DNA of 62,026 nucleotides from an uncultured Nitrospira sp. (GCA_902500705.1 CABVRR010000002.1:1-62026); one strand, 5' to 3'; numbered from the stretch's first letter, positions 29,595-39,847 are shown. The notes: generated by a model not told the origin, from the letters alone. A program made the numbers and translations.

Positions 29595-30584
29595 TCAACA
29601 ACTCGCACGTACCACCCCACGATAAAACGCGATCAGTTCGGGTACCGTTTTCTCAAATGAATATTCGGCGTGATACCCCAATTCATGCGTGATGGCTCTT
29701 GAGCTGTACCAAGCGCACCCGATGACCTTTGCCAGTTGCCCTGTCGTCAAGGGGACAGGACTTCCGCTGATAGCCTGAATCACATCGCCGCATCGTGCAC
29801 CGCCGCTGAGTATCCACTGCGGAACTCGCCATCGCGGGGCAGCCTTCCCTAATCCGGCCCGTAACCAGTCGTAGAGATCGGACACACAGTATGGTTCGGT
29901 ATCAGCGACGATGTATGCCGCTCGTTGGAAAGATGGTGCACGAAGACACAAGAACACGGCCTGTATGAAATTCTCAACATGTAAGAGGCTTCGGACCGAC
30001 GAAAGACGTGGCAAGATCGGAAACCTCCCACGATCGATTGCCTCGATCATTCGATACAGATTACCTTTCGTTGTCGGGCCATAGACCATCGGAAGTCGGA
30101 GCGAAACAGCGGTAAGGCGATGTCGCTCGGCATACTCCGAGACAAGTTGCTCCGCTCGCCATTTTGATCGACCGTACGCGGTCTGAGGATTGGGTGTTCG
30201 TGTTTCTTCCACACATCCGCTCGTTTCTTCTCCGAAGACTTTGACTGAACTTACAAACACAATTCGGCTCACCTTGGACCTCACGGCTGCATCCAAGACA
30301 TGTTTGGTCCCTTCAATGTTAATGTCTTCATAGTCCTTTTCCGACCCATCATCAATGGCATGAACCTTGGCCGCCAGGTGCACGATGGCTTCGCAGCCAC
30401 TCGCCATCTCCTCGGTTTGCGATCCATAACGGACATCGGCAACCCGTATCTCGACTTCTGGAGAGAACGACGGGCATCGGTTCGGCTCACGAACAATCGC
30501 TCGCACCTGCCATCCCGAGCGACAGAGTTCTCGAATCAGAGATAAACCTAAAAACCCTGAGGCACCTGTCACTAAAACTCGCAT
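29595..30584 (-). CDS. NAD-dependent epimerase/dehydratase (WbpK-like)
   Basis: GASGFLG, HLAA, SSVKV, YGRSK, RLPMVYG. Confidence 0.88.
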   Translation of the reverse strand: MRVLVTGASGFLGLSLIRELCRSGWQVRAIVREPNRCPSFSPEVEIRVADVRYGSQTEEMASGCEAIVHLAAKVHAIDDGSEKDYEDINIEGTKHVLDAAVRSKVSRIVFVSSVKVFGEETSGCVEETRTPNPQTAYGRSKWRAEQLVSEYAERHRLTAVSLRLPMVYGPTTKGNLYRMIEAIDRGRFPILPRLSSVRSLLHVENFIQAVFLCLRAPSFQRAAYIVADTEPYCVSDLYDWLRAGLGKAAPRWRVPQWILSGGARCGDVIQAISGSPVPLTTGQLAKVIGCAWYSSRAITHELGYHAEYSFEKTVPELIAFYRGVVRASC

Positions 30585-30590
30585 GCGATA

Positions 30591-31799
30591 TCAATGAAGC
30601 CGATCACTATCAGGCATTTGGAGAGAAGGACCATCTCCTGAAAAGTCAGGCGCTCCTCCATTAAGCAATTCATAATATAGCGCCAAGGTTTGTTGAATCA
30701 CTAGAGTCGAGGAAAACTCATCCATAACAATTTCCCTCCCTCGGCGTCCCAACTCATTTCTCAACTCCTGATTTTCTAGCAACATCGCGATCGTTTCTGC
30801 TAATGCAATGGCGTTTTTGGGAGGAACGAGAAGGCCGTTTATGTGATGGCGTACAACTTCACGACAACCCGGAACGTCCGTAGCAACAATGGGCTTGCCG
30901 CAGGCTGCTGCTTCCAGCAGGCTCACGGGTAACCCTTCGCGATAGGACGGCAATACAACAACGGCAGCATGTCCTAATACGGCCGGCATATCGCTTCGGT
31001 GCCCCCACCACTCTACCACCCCTTCTTCCTGCCACCGATGTAATTGCTCCGCCTGAAGGCTCGCTGGATTATCTTCATCGCATCGCCCTACAAGCACAAA
31101 ACGAACACCTGGTTTCTGCTGTCTTACTAACCGCGCAGCTTCCACGAATTCACCCACGCCTTTGTCCCACAACATCCGACAGGGCAACAGAATAATCGAC
31201 TCTCCGCTCTCATCTGAGGTCGGCCTAAACCTTTCAGTATCAACTCCTGTTCCTCGAATTACCCGTGTTTGACTTAACCGCACAATGCCATCCTGCACCA
31301 GCTGAGCTTGATCTTCCTCATTCTGAAATACGGCAATTGAAGCATCAGATTTGCAAGCCTTGCTGAATCCGAACTTTAAGAGAATGCGAAATAGCCTCGC
31401 CCTAAACTCTTCACTGGTGTAGGCGTACCCCAATCCGGCAAATACATTAATCACTGCAGAGACGCCCGCAAGACGGGCGGCCATAGCCCCATAGAGAATC
31501 GGTTTGACGGCAACATGATAGACAAGATCGGGCTTTTCTGCGCGATACAGTCGAGCCAGCTCAACAATGGCCAAAAACTCTCGAATCGGATTTACGCTTC
31601 GACGAAGAAGATTAATCGAGAACAGCTTAAAACCTTGTTGAAGGATCTCCGGACCGTGCTCCTGAACACGCGTTGCGATCACGACCTCGAATCCTGCATC
31701 TCGCGCTGCCCGTGCAAGGCCTATCCAATGCAGGCGGAAGTACCAGTCTTCCGTGACAAGAAATAGAACTTTCGGCGCAGAACGCAGCGGCAACATCAC
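30591..31799 (-). CDS. GT4 glycosyltransferase (PglA/CapM-like)
   Basis: KPILYG, RMLWDKGVGEF, PSYREGLP..LLEA, TDVPGCRE. Confidence 0.92.
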   Translation of the reverse strand: MMLPLRSAPKVLFLVTEDWYFRLHWIGLARAARDAGFEVVIATRVQEHGPEILQQGFKLFSINLLRRSVNPIREFLAIVELARLYRAEKPDLVYHVAVKPILYGAMAARLAGVSAVINVFAGLGYAYTSEEFRARLFRILLKFGFSKACKSDASIAVFQNEEDQAQLVQDGIVRLSQTRVIRGTGVDTERFRPTSDESGESIILLPCRMLWDKGVGEFVEAARLVRQQKPGVRFVLVGRCDEDNPASLQAEQLHRWQEEGVVEWWGHRSDMPAVLGHAAVVVLPSYREGLPVSLLEAAACGKPIVATDVPGCREVVRHHINGLLVPPKNAIALAETIAMLLENQELRNELGRRGREIVMDEFSSTLVIQQTLALYYELLNGGAPDFSGDGPSLQMPDSDRLH

Positions 31800-31960
31800 G
31801 GCGACAACCTCAACCCATCAGCCTATTGTTGAACCTACTTACTGAGGGCGCTCGACTGGCCCGTGACACACGATTTCATTCAGCATCGTCATCTCGAAAA
31901 CAAAGCGGCCCAGCTGGAACGCTGTCGCACTGCCCAAAGCAGTTAACTGGATCCGGATCC

Positions 31961-32827
31961 CTATGAAGCGATGGACCGCCACACCACCTGCCAGTCACTT
32001 CGAACTTGGTCGTTCGCAACCTGAAATGACCGTCGTGACCACCGGTTCAACGATCCCGAAACATCAAGCAAAAGGTCGCGCCCAAACGCAAGACTATGGA
32101 CTACAATTCCTTGCATAAACGTCATTGCAGAAGGCATATCGTTTACTTGCCGCAGGAGTCTGCAGCAATAGTTCAATCGACCTTTCACCAATTTTCCTGC
32201 TGAAATTTCAACCATGCGGTAACCCAAAAGCACTTCCTCCAACGCCGCAAAACGACTGCACGAAAAGCTTTGAAGAAGGAGTGCTTGGTCTTCGCACCGT
32301 ACGTCTTGTTCCGAATACGGATGGTCTAAGAACCATGTTCGTTTGCCCATCCACGTCGGATGGGCAAGCGGAAATCCCCACCATGGTCTCCGGCAAATCG
32401 CCTCGTGTGAGCTTGCAGTTGGGTAGCGACCGATGATCTCGCCGGCTCCCTTGAAAATCACGGCACCGGTTCCTAACAGATCAATGTCTCGATGCACTTC
32501 AAGAAATTGCACCTGCCGTTCAAGACGCTGGGGGTACGCCACATCGTCGGCATCCATTCTGGCGACATACTGGCCTCTGGCAAGACGTACGCATTGATTC
32601 AACCGTGACACTAATCCCATATTCGCTGATGGCTCTCGAATGAGTCGTATTCGGGAATCTTTCACCTGCAACACGACTTCTGCGGTCCGATCTGTCGATC
32701 CATCATCGACGACGATCAATTCCCAATTTTGATACGTCTGGGTAAGGATCGAACGCAAGGCAAGGCTGATCGTCCCGGACGCGTTGTACGCCGACATGGC
32801 AATAGTGACCAGCGGTCGCGTACTCAA
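31961..32827 (-). CDS. GT2 glycosyltransferase
   Basis: AYNAS, VDDGSTD, ARMDADD, HPT, ED; TTG start directly after the upstream stop. Confidence 0.9.
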   Translation of the reverse strand: MSTRPLVTIAMSAYNASGTISLALRSILTQTYQNWELIVVDDGSTDRTAEVVLQVKDSRIRLIREPSANMGLVSRLNQCVRLARGQYVARMDADDVAYPQRLERQVQFLEVHRDIDLLGTGAVIFKGAGEIIGRYPTASSHEAICRRPWWGFPLAHPTWMGKRTWFLDHPYSEQDVRCEDQALLLQSFSCSRFAALEEVLLGYRMVEISAGKLVKGRLNYCCRLLRQVNDMPSAMTFMQGIVVHSLAFGRDLLLDVSGSLNRWSRRSFQVANDQVRSDWQVVWRSIAS

Positions 32828-34030
32828 TCAACTTTCCCTGTAAAACATCCGACCAGGCCAGCCAGCGGCGCTGTAAGTCCAGGCCCCTCGTAGGCGCCAC
32901 GACAATTCAAAGGTGAGGCGCCGCGCGGCGCGAGGCCCTCGTTGTGCTCCCCATACCAAGGATGCGACAAACACCAATAGGGATCGGATGATCTGAAGAA
33001 TGGGCCGCACACGATGACCACGCACAGCAACTTCCAATGCATCCCAGTGAATCGGAAGATGGACGCGACAAGAGGTCTGTTGGGCAAGTACGTGCAGCAC
33101 CTCCTCGAACCGTCGTTCATACGTATGGTCACGTCGTACGCGTTCAAACCCACCTCGCGCGATTGCATCGCGCCGCTCCGGATGCGAGAGCAGCCTCTTG
33201 ACTTGCTCAATCAACTCATCGACACCGTCGAACGCAAGCACGTCTTGTCCAAGATGAAAATAGCGCTCAAGATTCGGAGCGCGTTCGGTCAAGAGACAGC
33301 CTCCACACCCCGGCACTTCAAAGATACGCGCTTTGATTTGCCGGTTTGTGAAACCCACAGGGCCATGTGCGCCGTCACTAAAATTAAGGCTCACGCGAGA
33401 CTGACGAATGATTTCTGCCATGCACGTGGTCTCCACCGGACCTTCCGGCCAGCCGTGGCCGAAACAGGCGACCTCAACCCCTTCGTGACGGAGTCGCTCG
33501 ATCATGGCTCGACGACTTCCGTAGGCTGCGCCGATAAAACTCACGGGATATCGACACTCCGCAAAGGAAAGAGGTGGGAACAATGCGTCCCCATTCGCCG
33601 CCCACTGGGACAAACAGACCGACTGGATACCATCAGCATGATACTGTTCGACCATCTGCGGATAGGTCGTCAAAAAGAGATCGTATTCTGAACCGATTAG
33701 CTTGGAAAACATGGGATACTTCCATGAATCATCGGTTGACCAGTTGATTACAGAGACCCCGCTCTTCCGGATAATCCGAATCGTCTCAATCCACACTTCA
33801 TAGTGCATCAGGACGCAGAAGACCACGTCCGGATCTGTCTCCTCCACCTGTTGCAACAACGCCCGATTCAGATCAGCAAAACTACCGTACGGCTTGCGGG
33901 AAAGTGACTCAAAGAAACTGACGTTGTGCCCCAACCGGCGTAAGGCAGGAAGAAAATTGGCAAACTCGGGGCCTTCTCCGCGCGCAGGATCGCCGTACGC
34001 ATGCTCTCCCAACACACATAAGATCTTCAT
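32828..34030 (-). CDS. Glycosyltransferase (CgeB/Glyco_trans_1_2-like)
   Basis: VSFIG, SRVSLNF, QIKARIFEVPGCGG, IARGG..RV...HTY..R. Confidence 0.82.
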   Translation of the reverse strand: MKILCVLGEHAYGDPARGEGPEFANFLPALRRLGHNVSFFESLSRKPYGSFADLNRALLQQVEETDPDVVFCVLMHYEVWIETIRIIRKSGVSVINWSTDDSWKYPMFSKLIGSEYDLFLTTYPQMVEQYHADGIQSVCLSQWAANGDALFPPLSFAECRYPVSFIGAAYGSRRAMIERLRHEGVEVACFGHGWPEGPVETTCMAEIIRQSRVSLNFSDGAHGPVGFTNRQIKARIFEVPGCGGCLLTERAPNLERYFHLGQDVLAFDGVDELIEQVKRLLSHPERRDAIARGGFERVRRDHTYERRFEEVLHVLAQQTSCRVHLPIHWDALEVAVRGHRVRPILQIIRSLLVFVASLVWGAQRGPRAARRLTFELSWRLRGAWTYSAAGWPGRMFYRES

Positions 34031-34034
34031 GGCC

Positions 34035-34781
34035 TCATGTCGTTCGTTCCCGACGCGCGGTAACGTGGTACCCTACTGTAAAGCGCCGCTCATGATCGAA
34101 CCGATCCAGCCATTTACACAACACAGGGACAATCAGGCCGAGGAAAGGAAACAGTACAAGCCACATTGGAAACCAGAGCAACCGAATCCCCGCGGGGAGA
34201 CTTTTGCTCAATGGATTGGTCGCTTGAATAAATCGTACGGACTCCTGCCCAAAAAATCGAAAGGACCCTTCATTCGGTTCAACGGTGATGTCCTCAAATC
34301 CGACCGCCTTTAGGAAACGCTCGTACCACCAGGGCGTATATCCACCGTAGTAATGGTACGGCTCTTGATGAATCCCTGACCCCAGCGGTGCGGTCAGAAT
34401 AAGCATTCCTCCAGGCTGTAGAATTCTCGCCAACTCGCCGACCACTCGAATAGGCTCAGGATGATGCTCCAACACTTCCGTACAGAGCACCACCCCAAAG
34501 CTGCCGTCGGGAACAGGGATGGCCGTCACATCCGATACGAAGTCAATCGCCCCATAACCGCCATATCGAAGCTGGTCACCTCGCAAGGGCGTGAGATCTT
34601 GAGTACGATAGTCACAGTGTGCAAACAACGCACGATACGGACAGGAACCAGCACCGACATCCAATACTCTCGTCCCTCTCGGCACCAGTGACGCCTGCTG
34701 CGCAATCCAACGATCACGCCGCACGGCGTTATAGGCAAACAGTTCGCTCTGAGCCAGCCAGGCTCTTAGACCATTACTCAC
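34035..34781 (-). CDS. Class I SAM-dependent methyltransferase
   Basis: VLDVGAG, CTEVLEH, RILQPGG.LILTAP. Confidence 0.88.
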   Translation of the reverse strand: MSNGLRAWLAQSELFAYNAVRRDRWIAQQASLVPRGTRVLDVGAGSCPYRALFAHCDYRTQDLTPLRGDQLRYGGYGAIDFVSDVTAIPVPDGSFGVVLCTEVLEHHPEPIRVVGELARILQPGGMLILTAPLGSGIHQEPYHYYGGYTPWWYERFLKAVGFEDITVEPNEGSFRFFGQESVRFIQATNPLSKSLPAGIRLLWFPMWLVLFPFLGLIVPVLCKWLDRFDHERRFTVGYHVTARRERTT

Positions 34782-35434
34782 GCGCTTTCACAAATTCGGA
34801 TGGTATCATCACGGACTTCAAGTTTTCGAAGAGGAGATTGTTCGTCGATATACTCTTGCAATTGTTGAAGAGTCGGGTACGCCGAATCCGTACCGAAGAG
34901 CCTCGCATCATCAATGACAATCACATGCCCGCGTATCGGGTGACGAAAAATATGATCGAGCTCAACAAGTATCGGCGACTGCTGATCCCCACAGGCTGTA
35001 ATCCCGCCAGAGTAATGAGCGTCCAACCAGAGCAATGTCGGCCGATTAACTGTCGCCAGTGCGAGAGGCAACAAGGAAGCACTATCTCCATGGAGAATCC
35101 TGACATGCGAGTAGCTCCTAAAACGACGTTGTGCCCGTTCAAAGAGGAAATGGTCAAGTTCAATTGATTGAACTTGCTCAAACTCCCCCTTCAGAGCATC
35201 TACCATGTCACCAAAGTATGTCCCAGTCTCTATAAAAGACCCCAGTTGATACATCCGTGCGTAGGCTCGAAGGATATCTCGCTTGAGATAATGCGGTGTA
35301 TGAGTCAAGCGTCCACGTCGCCAAAGCCGCCATTCATGCCAATTTCTGACCCTATTGATCCAGTCATAGACTAAGGAGCCTTGCAGAGCTCTCTTGGCGT
35401 GCTGTCTCATAGAAATCCCATAATAATCACTCAC
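34778..35434 (-). CDS. Methyltransferase-like hypothetical protein
   Basis: FIETGT..G, SIELD, GDS, WLDAHYSGG and IDDARLF pattern of Rossmann MTase-like proteins found in glycan loci. Confidence 0.7.
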   Translation of the reverse strand: MSDYYGISMRQHAKRALQGSLVYDWINRVRNWHEWRLWRRGRLTHTPHYLKRDILRAYARMYQLGSFIETGTYFGDMVDALKGEFEQVQSIELDHFLFERAQRRFRSYSHVRILHGDSASLLPLALATVNRPTLLWLDAHYSGGITACGDQQSPILVELDHIFRHPIRGHVIVIDDARLFGTDSAYPTLQQLQEYIDEQSPLRKLEVRDDTIRICESA

Positions 35435-36249
35435 CCATCATCTCGGTTATTTACCGGCGCCTCGCGTGCCTTCACAAATTCGAACAAACCGCATCCATAG
35501 TCGAGATCAGTCGCAGCTTCCGGAGAGATCTCTTCATGTAACCGTCCCGCATCATCGACAAGGGAAAATACATTGAGCTGCAGTTTCGCAAAAAACCTTA
35601 GGATCGTGCTAGGCTCGAATACGCGATGGGCATTGAAGCAGACCCGCTCACGACCAACCGGCACTGATAAAAACAACCTGCCGCCTGGCCTTAGCACACG
35701 CTGGAGTTCAGCGGCCGCGAGTTGACTCCCGAGGGGATTCAACGGGTCTCCGTACCGACCCAGACCCACATGCTCGATGACATGTAAGGACGACAAAGAG
35801 GCGATGCCGCCATCGACAAACGGTAACCGCACAATATCGCCTGCCAACGACGTCAAGTTGGAAAGACGCACACGAAGCGGACGATAATCGACAAACACTG
35901 TGTTCACCGCAGCGCTCAACACATTGATCATCATCGCGCTGGAGCCGACATCAATGTGAACTGCAGGTCGGAATCCTTGTACGCGGCGTGCGAGCCACGC
36001 GGCTTGAAAGAAATAATGTGCATCGAACGGCGTGGCCGAAACACGATCCGCAAGGCAAGGATATGAGTCACGGAAAGAAAGCCGTTGTGTCGCTGCCTGT
36101 TGATAGGCACTCCATTCTCCAAGATAGCGCGGTAATGCGCCCAGGCTGGTCAAGAACTGCGGGCTGAGAAATGCGGCACCCCATCGGACGATCGCACTAT
36201 TCCTGAAAAGATGTTTCACAGGAGGCTCGTGAATGATTCTCGCTGACAA
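35431..36249 (-). CDS. DUF268-like SAM-dependent methyltransferase
   Basis: HIDVGS, VDYRP, SLHVIEHVGLGRYGDP, FNAHRV. Confidence 0.78.
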   Translation of the reverse strand: MSARIIHEPPVKHLFRNSAIVRWGAAFLSPQFLTSLGALPRYLGEWSAYQQAATQRLSFRDSYPCLADRVSATPFDAHYFFQAAWLARRVQGFRPAVHIDVGSSAMMINVLSAAVNTVFVDYRPLRVRLSNLTSLAGDIVRLPFVDGGIASLSSLHVIEHVGLGRYGDPLNPLGSQLAAAELQRVLRPGGRLFLSVPVGRERVCFNAHRVFEPSTILRFFAKLQLNVFSLVDDAGRLHEEISPEAATDLDYGCGLFEFVKAREAPVNNRDDG

Positions 36250-36337
36250 CCCACGACCTGGTGAGTTGAACTCTTGGCCAAGGATCGCATCTGAAATTAC
36301 AGTGCACGTGATTATCTGATGTTGACCGACACAAGAA

Positions 36338-38434
36338 CTATTCTAATCGTAGGCCTCTTAGTGTTAGGAAATCAGGGTCACCACAATTTTGGAATATGAC
36401 TAGCCTTACAAATCGAGCATTCTGTGGTTTATCGAGGACTGCGTCATGCCAGTCATTTTCCGTGACGGCATCGCACAAGTCATTAAAATGTCCTACCTCT
36501 ACCCAGTCCCCGTCTTCTGACCTAATACGCACTTCAAGACTTCCTGGCATACGCAAGCGAAGACCATCCTGTGGTAACAACAGAATTTTTTGAATTGTTT
36601 TTGTTTCTGATAGGTCTATGTCAAGGGTCTGAGGATAGTGCGGCTGCCGTTCGGCGTGCCAACCAGGTTGCGCTGCCGTGAGGAGACCATACGGTCCAAA
36701 ACTTCCAAGAGTTGATGAAGCTTTCAATATTGGGACACTATTTGCCTGCACAATACGCGGCACGACTGGTTGAGAAGTAAGCAAAGACAAATTAATAATA
36801 TACGGATCCACAGGGCTACGGATCTCGGTAAGTCCCTTTGTATAACCAAGAGCGATCGTTCCTTCATTTTGCGCAGCAATGTTTGCACAAAGCTGATCAA
36901 AAGCGCAGTCCACCATCCTAATCTTTGGCCTACCGCTAATTTCTCGAAAAACAGCGTTAAGCATCCATGGTATCGATACCGGATTTGGCCAAGACGCAAG
37001 AACAGCGTTATCATTCCCGTAACCCGTATCATTGCCCACTTTCTCTGCGAATGACGGACGAGCTTTTGACGGGATCACCACGAGTAGATATTTCTTATCT
37101 ATCCACCCTTTATTTTGAATCCAATTTGACAAATGAGACCGTATCGACTCGATCTCCACATTGGTTACCATCACCTCAAGTAACGATAAACGATATTGGG
37201 CTATCGAAATTGGCAAAACAAAGATGAGTACAGTTACAAGAGGTGCCAATATATTTGCCTTGGGAAAGAACGAGAGTAAAAAACAGATGAGTCCAACCGT
37301 TCCTCCACAGAAGAAAAGATACCAAGGAACAACATGTCTCGTTTCGAGCTTATCCATTTTGCTCAGTAGCCATGGGCTAATTGAGCCAAAAAGAAAAATA
37401 ATGCTCACTACGCAAATGAAAGCGGCGCAGGCAAACACAACAAATACCTTTTCCCCGCTCGTCGGTACGATCTTTCTGGTCGCAATGACCACAAAGGCGG
37501 CAAGAATTAACACCGAGATGCCTGGTATCATTTCGAAATTAAAAGGCGACATGTGCCAAAAATATTTGGCAAGCTCGGAGAGTCTCTCGTATACAACGAG
37601 AGGGCTCTTTTGAGTAGCCATCTCATACACTCCCAGAGCTGGCAATTCACCCTTATATGTCCTCAGCAGAAAGCCACTTGCCTGGACAAAAGCGTAGTAA
37701 ATCAGTGCCGCCCCGAAATAGAAGAGAAGCTTATTAACAGCACGCCGAGCTCTTGTCATAAAAATTGGACCAGATCCAAAACCGAGCTCAATAAGAACCA
37801 AGGGTACAACGATGAATGCGTAAGCGGGATATATAAGACAAGCCAAGATGAACAACGTGCCCGAAGAAAGAATGACTTTCAGACCAGGATTCTCTCTATG
37901 GCTGTTTTCGTTCCTGTAAAGCAAGAATGACATAGCCGACAGTATGACTGAACCCAAGACCATGATCCCGGGCATTCCTTGCAAATACATAAAGGAATAT
38001 CCAGGCGCCACAACGAATGCGCCTGCCGCCGATACCCCCAGAGGAAACCCACCGATAAAGGGTGTTAATGCGGACCCGAGATAGAGCACTGTGAGGAGGA
38101 CAACGCCAAAAACAATAGGCCTTACATATCTAAAATCAGAGATATGTGAGACAACAGCATGCTCTACACACTCTCCAAACCAAACAAATGGTCTCCCAGT
38201 TTGCAGGTAGAACTGCCAGACCATCAATCCACACCACTTTCCTTGTACCAATGACGGCTCTCCTTCCAGAGAATATCGAAACGCACGCCACTGATCCTGC
38301 GTAACATAGTCAAATTGCAGCGTGGGAAGATAGGCCAGTAGGAGCAAAAGCAGAACTACGCTTACTATGCACTGTGATACCCGATCGCACCGTCTCCACT
38401 CCTTCCAAGGAGCAGACAAGACCCCCGTCATCAT
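36338..38434 (-). CDS. Polytopic membrane protein (GT-C/GtrII-like) with C-terminal F5/8 type C (discoidin/CBM32-like) domain
   Basis: About 11 hydrophobic segments; early QD and GRP motifs as in GtrII-like enzymes; C-terminal ASS...WH...PQTLDIDL...ARFVRLVI; ATG 38434 overlaps the upstream stop. Confidence 0.65.
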   Translation of the reverse strand: MMTGVLSAPWKEWRRCDRVSQCIVSVVLLLLLLAYLPTLQFDYVTQDQWRAFRYSLEGEPSLVQGKWCGLMVWQFYLQTGRPFVWFGECVEHAVVSHISDFRYVRPIVFGVVLLTVLYLGSALTPFIGGFPLGVSAAGAFVVAPGYSFMYLQGMPGIMVLGSVILSAMSFLLYRNENSHRENPGLKVILSSGTLFILACLIYPAYAFIVVPLVLIELGFGSGPIFMTRARRAVNKLLFYFGAALIYYAFVQASGFLLRTYKGELPALGVYEMATQKSPLVVYERLSELAKYFWHMSPFNFEMIPGISVLILAAFVVIATRKIVPTSGEKVFVVFACAAFICVVSIIFLFGSISPWLLSKMDKLETRHVVPWYLFFCGGTVGLICFLLSFFPKANILAPLVTVLIFVLPISIAQYRLSLLEVMVTNVEIESIRSHLSNWIQNKGWIDKKYLLVVIPSKARPSFAEKVGNDTGYGNDNAVLASWPNPVSIPWMLNAVFREISGRPKIRMVDCAFDQLCANIAAQNEGTIALGYTKGLTEIRSPVDPYIINLSLLTSQPVVPRIVQANSVPILKASSTLGSFGPYGLLTAAQPGWHAERQPHYPQTLDIDLSETKTIQKILLLPQDGLRLRMPGSLEVRIRSEDGDWVEVGHFNDLCDAVTENDWHDAVLDKPQNARFVRLVIFQNCGDPDFLTLRGLRLE

Positions 38435-39144
38435 TTCTCTTGTTTCCAGAACCACAACTCTCTAAAAAACTGGAAGTAATACGCCGCTCCCCATTGGATG
38501 ACTCGGAGCTTCCTTTCACCCCCTATCCTGGGAGGCTCGTCTCCAGGAATCTCCGTTACTTTTAATCGCGCCTTAGCCGCACGAACTGACAGTAGCGGCT
38601 CCCAGCTAATTTTCGTGAAAAATAGCCTTTCAGGGAGAGCATGCGCATCTTCTCGATCCAGGCCAAGTTCATAGGGAATATTCTTTCGGTAAGCCCGAAA
38701 AATCACCATCGCGTCGGTGTACTTGCCACCGTGCAGAAGATTCACTGTCCTGGTAAAGAGCCAATTGCCAAAACTTGTGGCAATATCATCATCTTCGCTT
38801 TTTGCAGGCCCGAGGTAGCGCGAGGCAATAACCATGTCATAATCGTGATGCATTTTCTCGATAAGAACGGGGATGAGCTCGGGTAACGAATTTCCATCAG
38901 GGCTGAACGTAATAACGATGTCACCTATTATATGCGGCCAGACCTCAATATAGGCATGGCGAAACCCTCTCTGCTTCTGAATATACACTGGGTAATTATT
39001 AGCTTTGGCCCACTCTATGCTGCCATCCGTGGAACCTCCATCAACAACAATAATTTGGTCAACCCAAGAGCGATCGATTTGAGGCATGATGGCTTTCATG
39101 CCGTTGACTTCGTTGAGCGTCATCACTAACAGCGTAGTTTTCAT
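38431..39144 (-). CDS. GT2 polyprenol-phosphate glycosyltransferase (GtrB/DPM-synthase-like)
   Basis: TLNE, VVDGGSTDG, SPDG, DMVIASRY, YTD, R.GGERK. Confidence 0.8.
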   Translation of the reverse strand: MKTTLLVMTLNEVNGMKAIMPQIDRSWVDQIIVVDGGSTDGSIEWAKANNYPVYIQKQRGFRHAYIEVWPHIIGDIVITFSPDGNSLPELIPVLIEKMHHDYDMVIASRYLGPAKSEDDDIATSFGNWLFTRTVNLLHGGKYTDAMVIFRAYRKNIPYELGLDREDAHALPERLFFTKISWEPLLSVRAAKARLKVTEIPGDEPPRIGGERKLRVIQWGAAYYFQFFRELWFWKQEK

Positions 39145-39847
39145 AAGAAGGATCCTCGGTGTGAAGGAGCTTAGAGGCAACCTTCAGAAAGGCCAACAAG
39201 GTAACAGCGCCTGAGACAAAAAGGATCGCCCTGATGGCGCTGTGCACTCCAGCATCATCAGTCACGAAGGTCCTAAAGGTCTCCCCTAGGTAAGCAACGG
39301 CTATGGAAGGAGGTAGGAGAAAAACAAAAGTGACCCATAGAAACGAAGAATTTGAAGTGGACGTAAGGCCTAACAAATAGTTCAATGGACCGGTCGGAAT
39401 AATTGGGTTTAAGCGTGCGAAGGCAATAAACTTCCACCCGCTCCGTTCAAATTCTCGCCGAACCTTCTCCGCCCATTTATTATCAAAATTCTTTGCGAAC
39501 GGCATCCCGATCATTGCTCTAGCAAAACAGAAAGACGCCCATCCTCCCAGAGTAACTGCGACAGACGAATAGAGGCCTCCTAACAATCCACCCCAGAAGT
39601 ATCCCCCTGCCAAATTGAATGGCAAAGTCGGCAATGTGGTTATTATGGAAACTGCATACAGCGCAATAAAGAGAAAGACTGCAGTGACCGGATGATCGTT
39701 TTTATAGTCTTCGATAAGACCGAGGCTCAGCTCACCTTGTTGATGCAGCACTCGCGCATAAAAAATCGCGCCAAAGAAAAGCAACGCAAACAACACACGC
39801 TTTGGCCCTATGTATCGCCTCAAGCCCTCCTTACCGTTCAACCACAT
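39059..39847 (-). CDS. DedA/TVP38/TMEM64 (VTT domain) membrane protein
   Basis: P...FNLAGG..WG...G, ARLNPIIP..PLNYLLG, FL.VTF..LLP. Confidence 0.85.
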   Translation of the reverse strand: MWLNGKEGLRRYIGPKRVLFALLFFGAIFYARVLHQQGELSLGLIEDYKNDHPVTAVFLFIALYAVSIITTLPTLPFNLAGGYFWGGLLGGLYSSVAVTLGGWASFCFARAMIGMPFAKNFDNKWAEKVRREFERSGWKFIAFARLNPIIPTGPLNYLLGLTSTSNSSFLWVTFVFLLPPSIAVAYLGETFRTFVTDDAGVHSAIRAILFVSGAVTLLAFLKVASKLLHTEDPSYENYAVSDDAQRSQRHESHHASNRSLLG

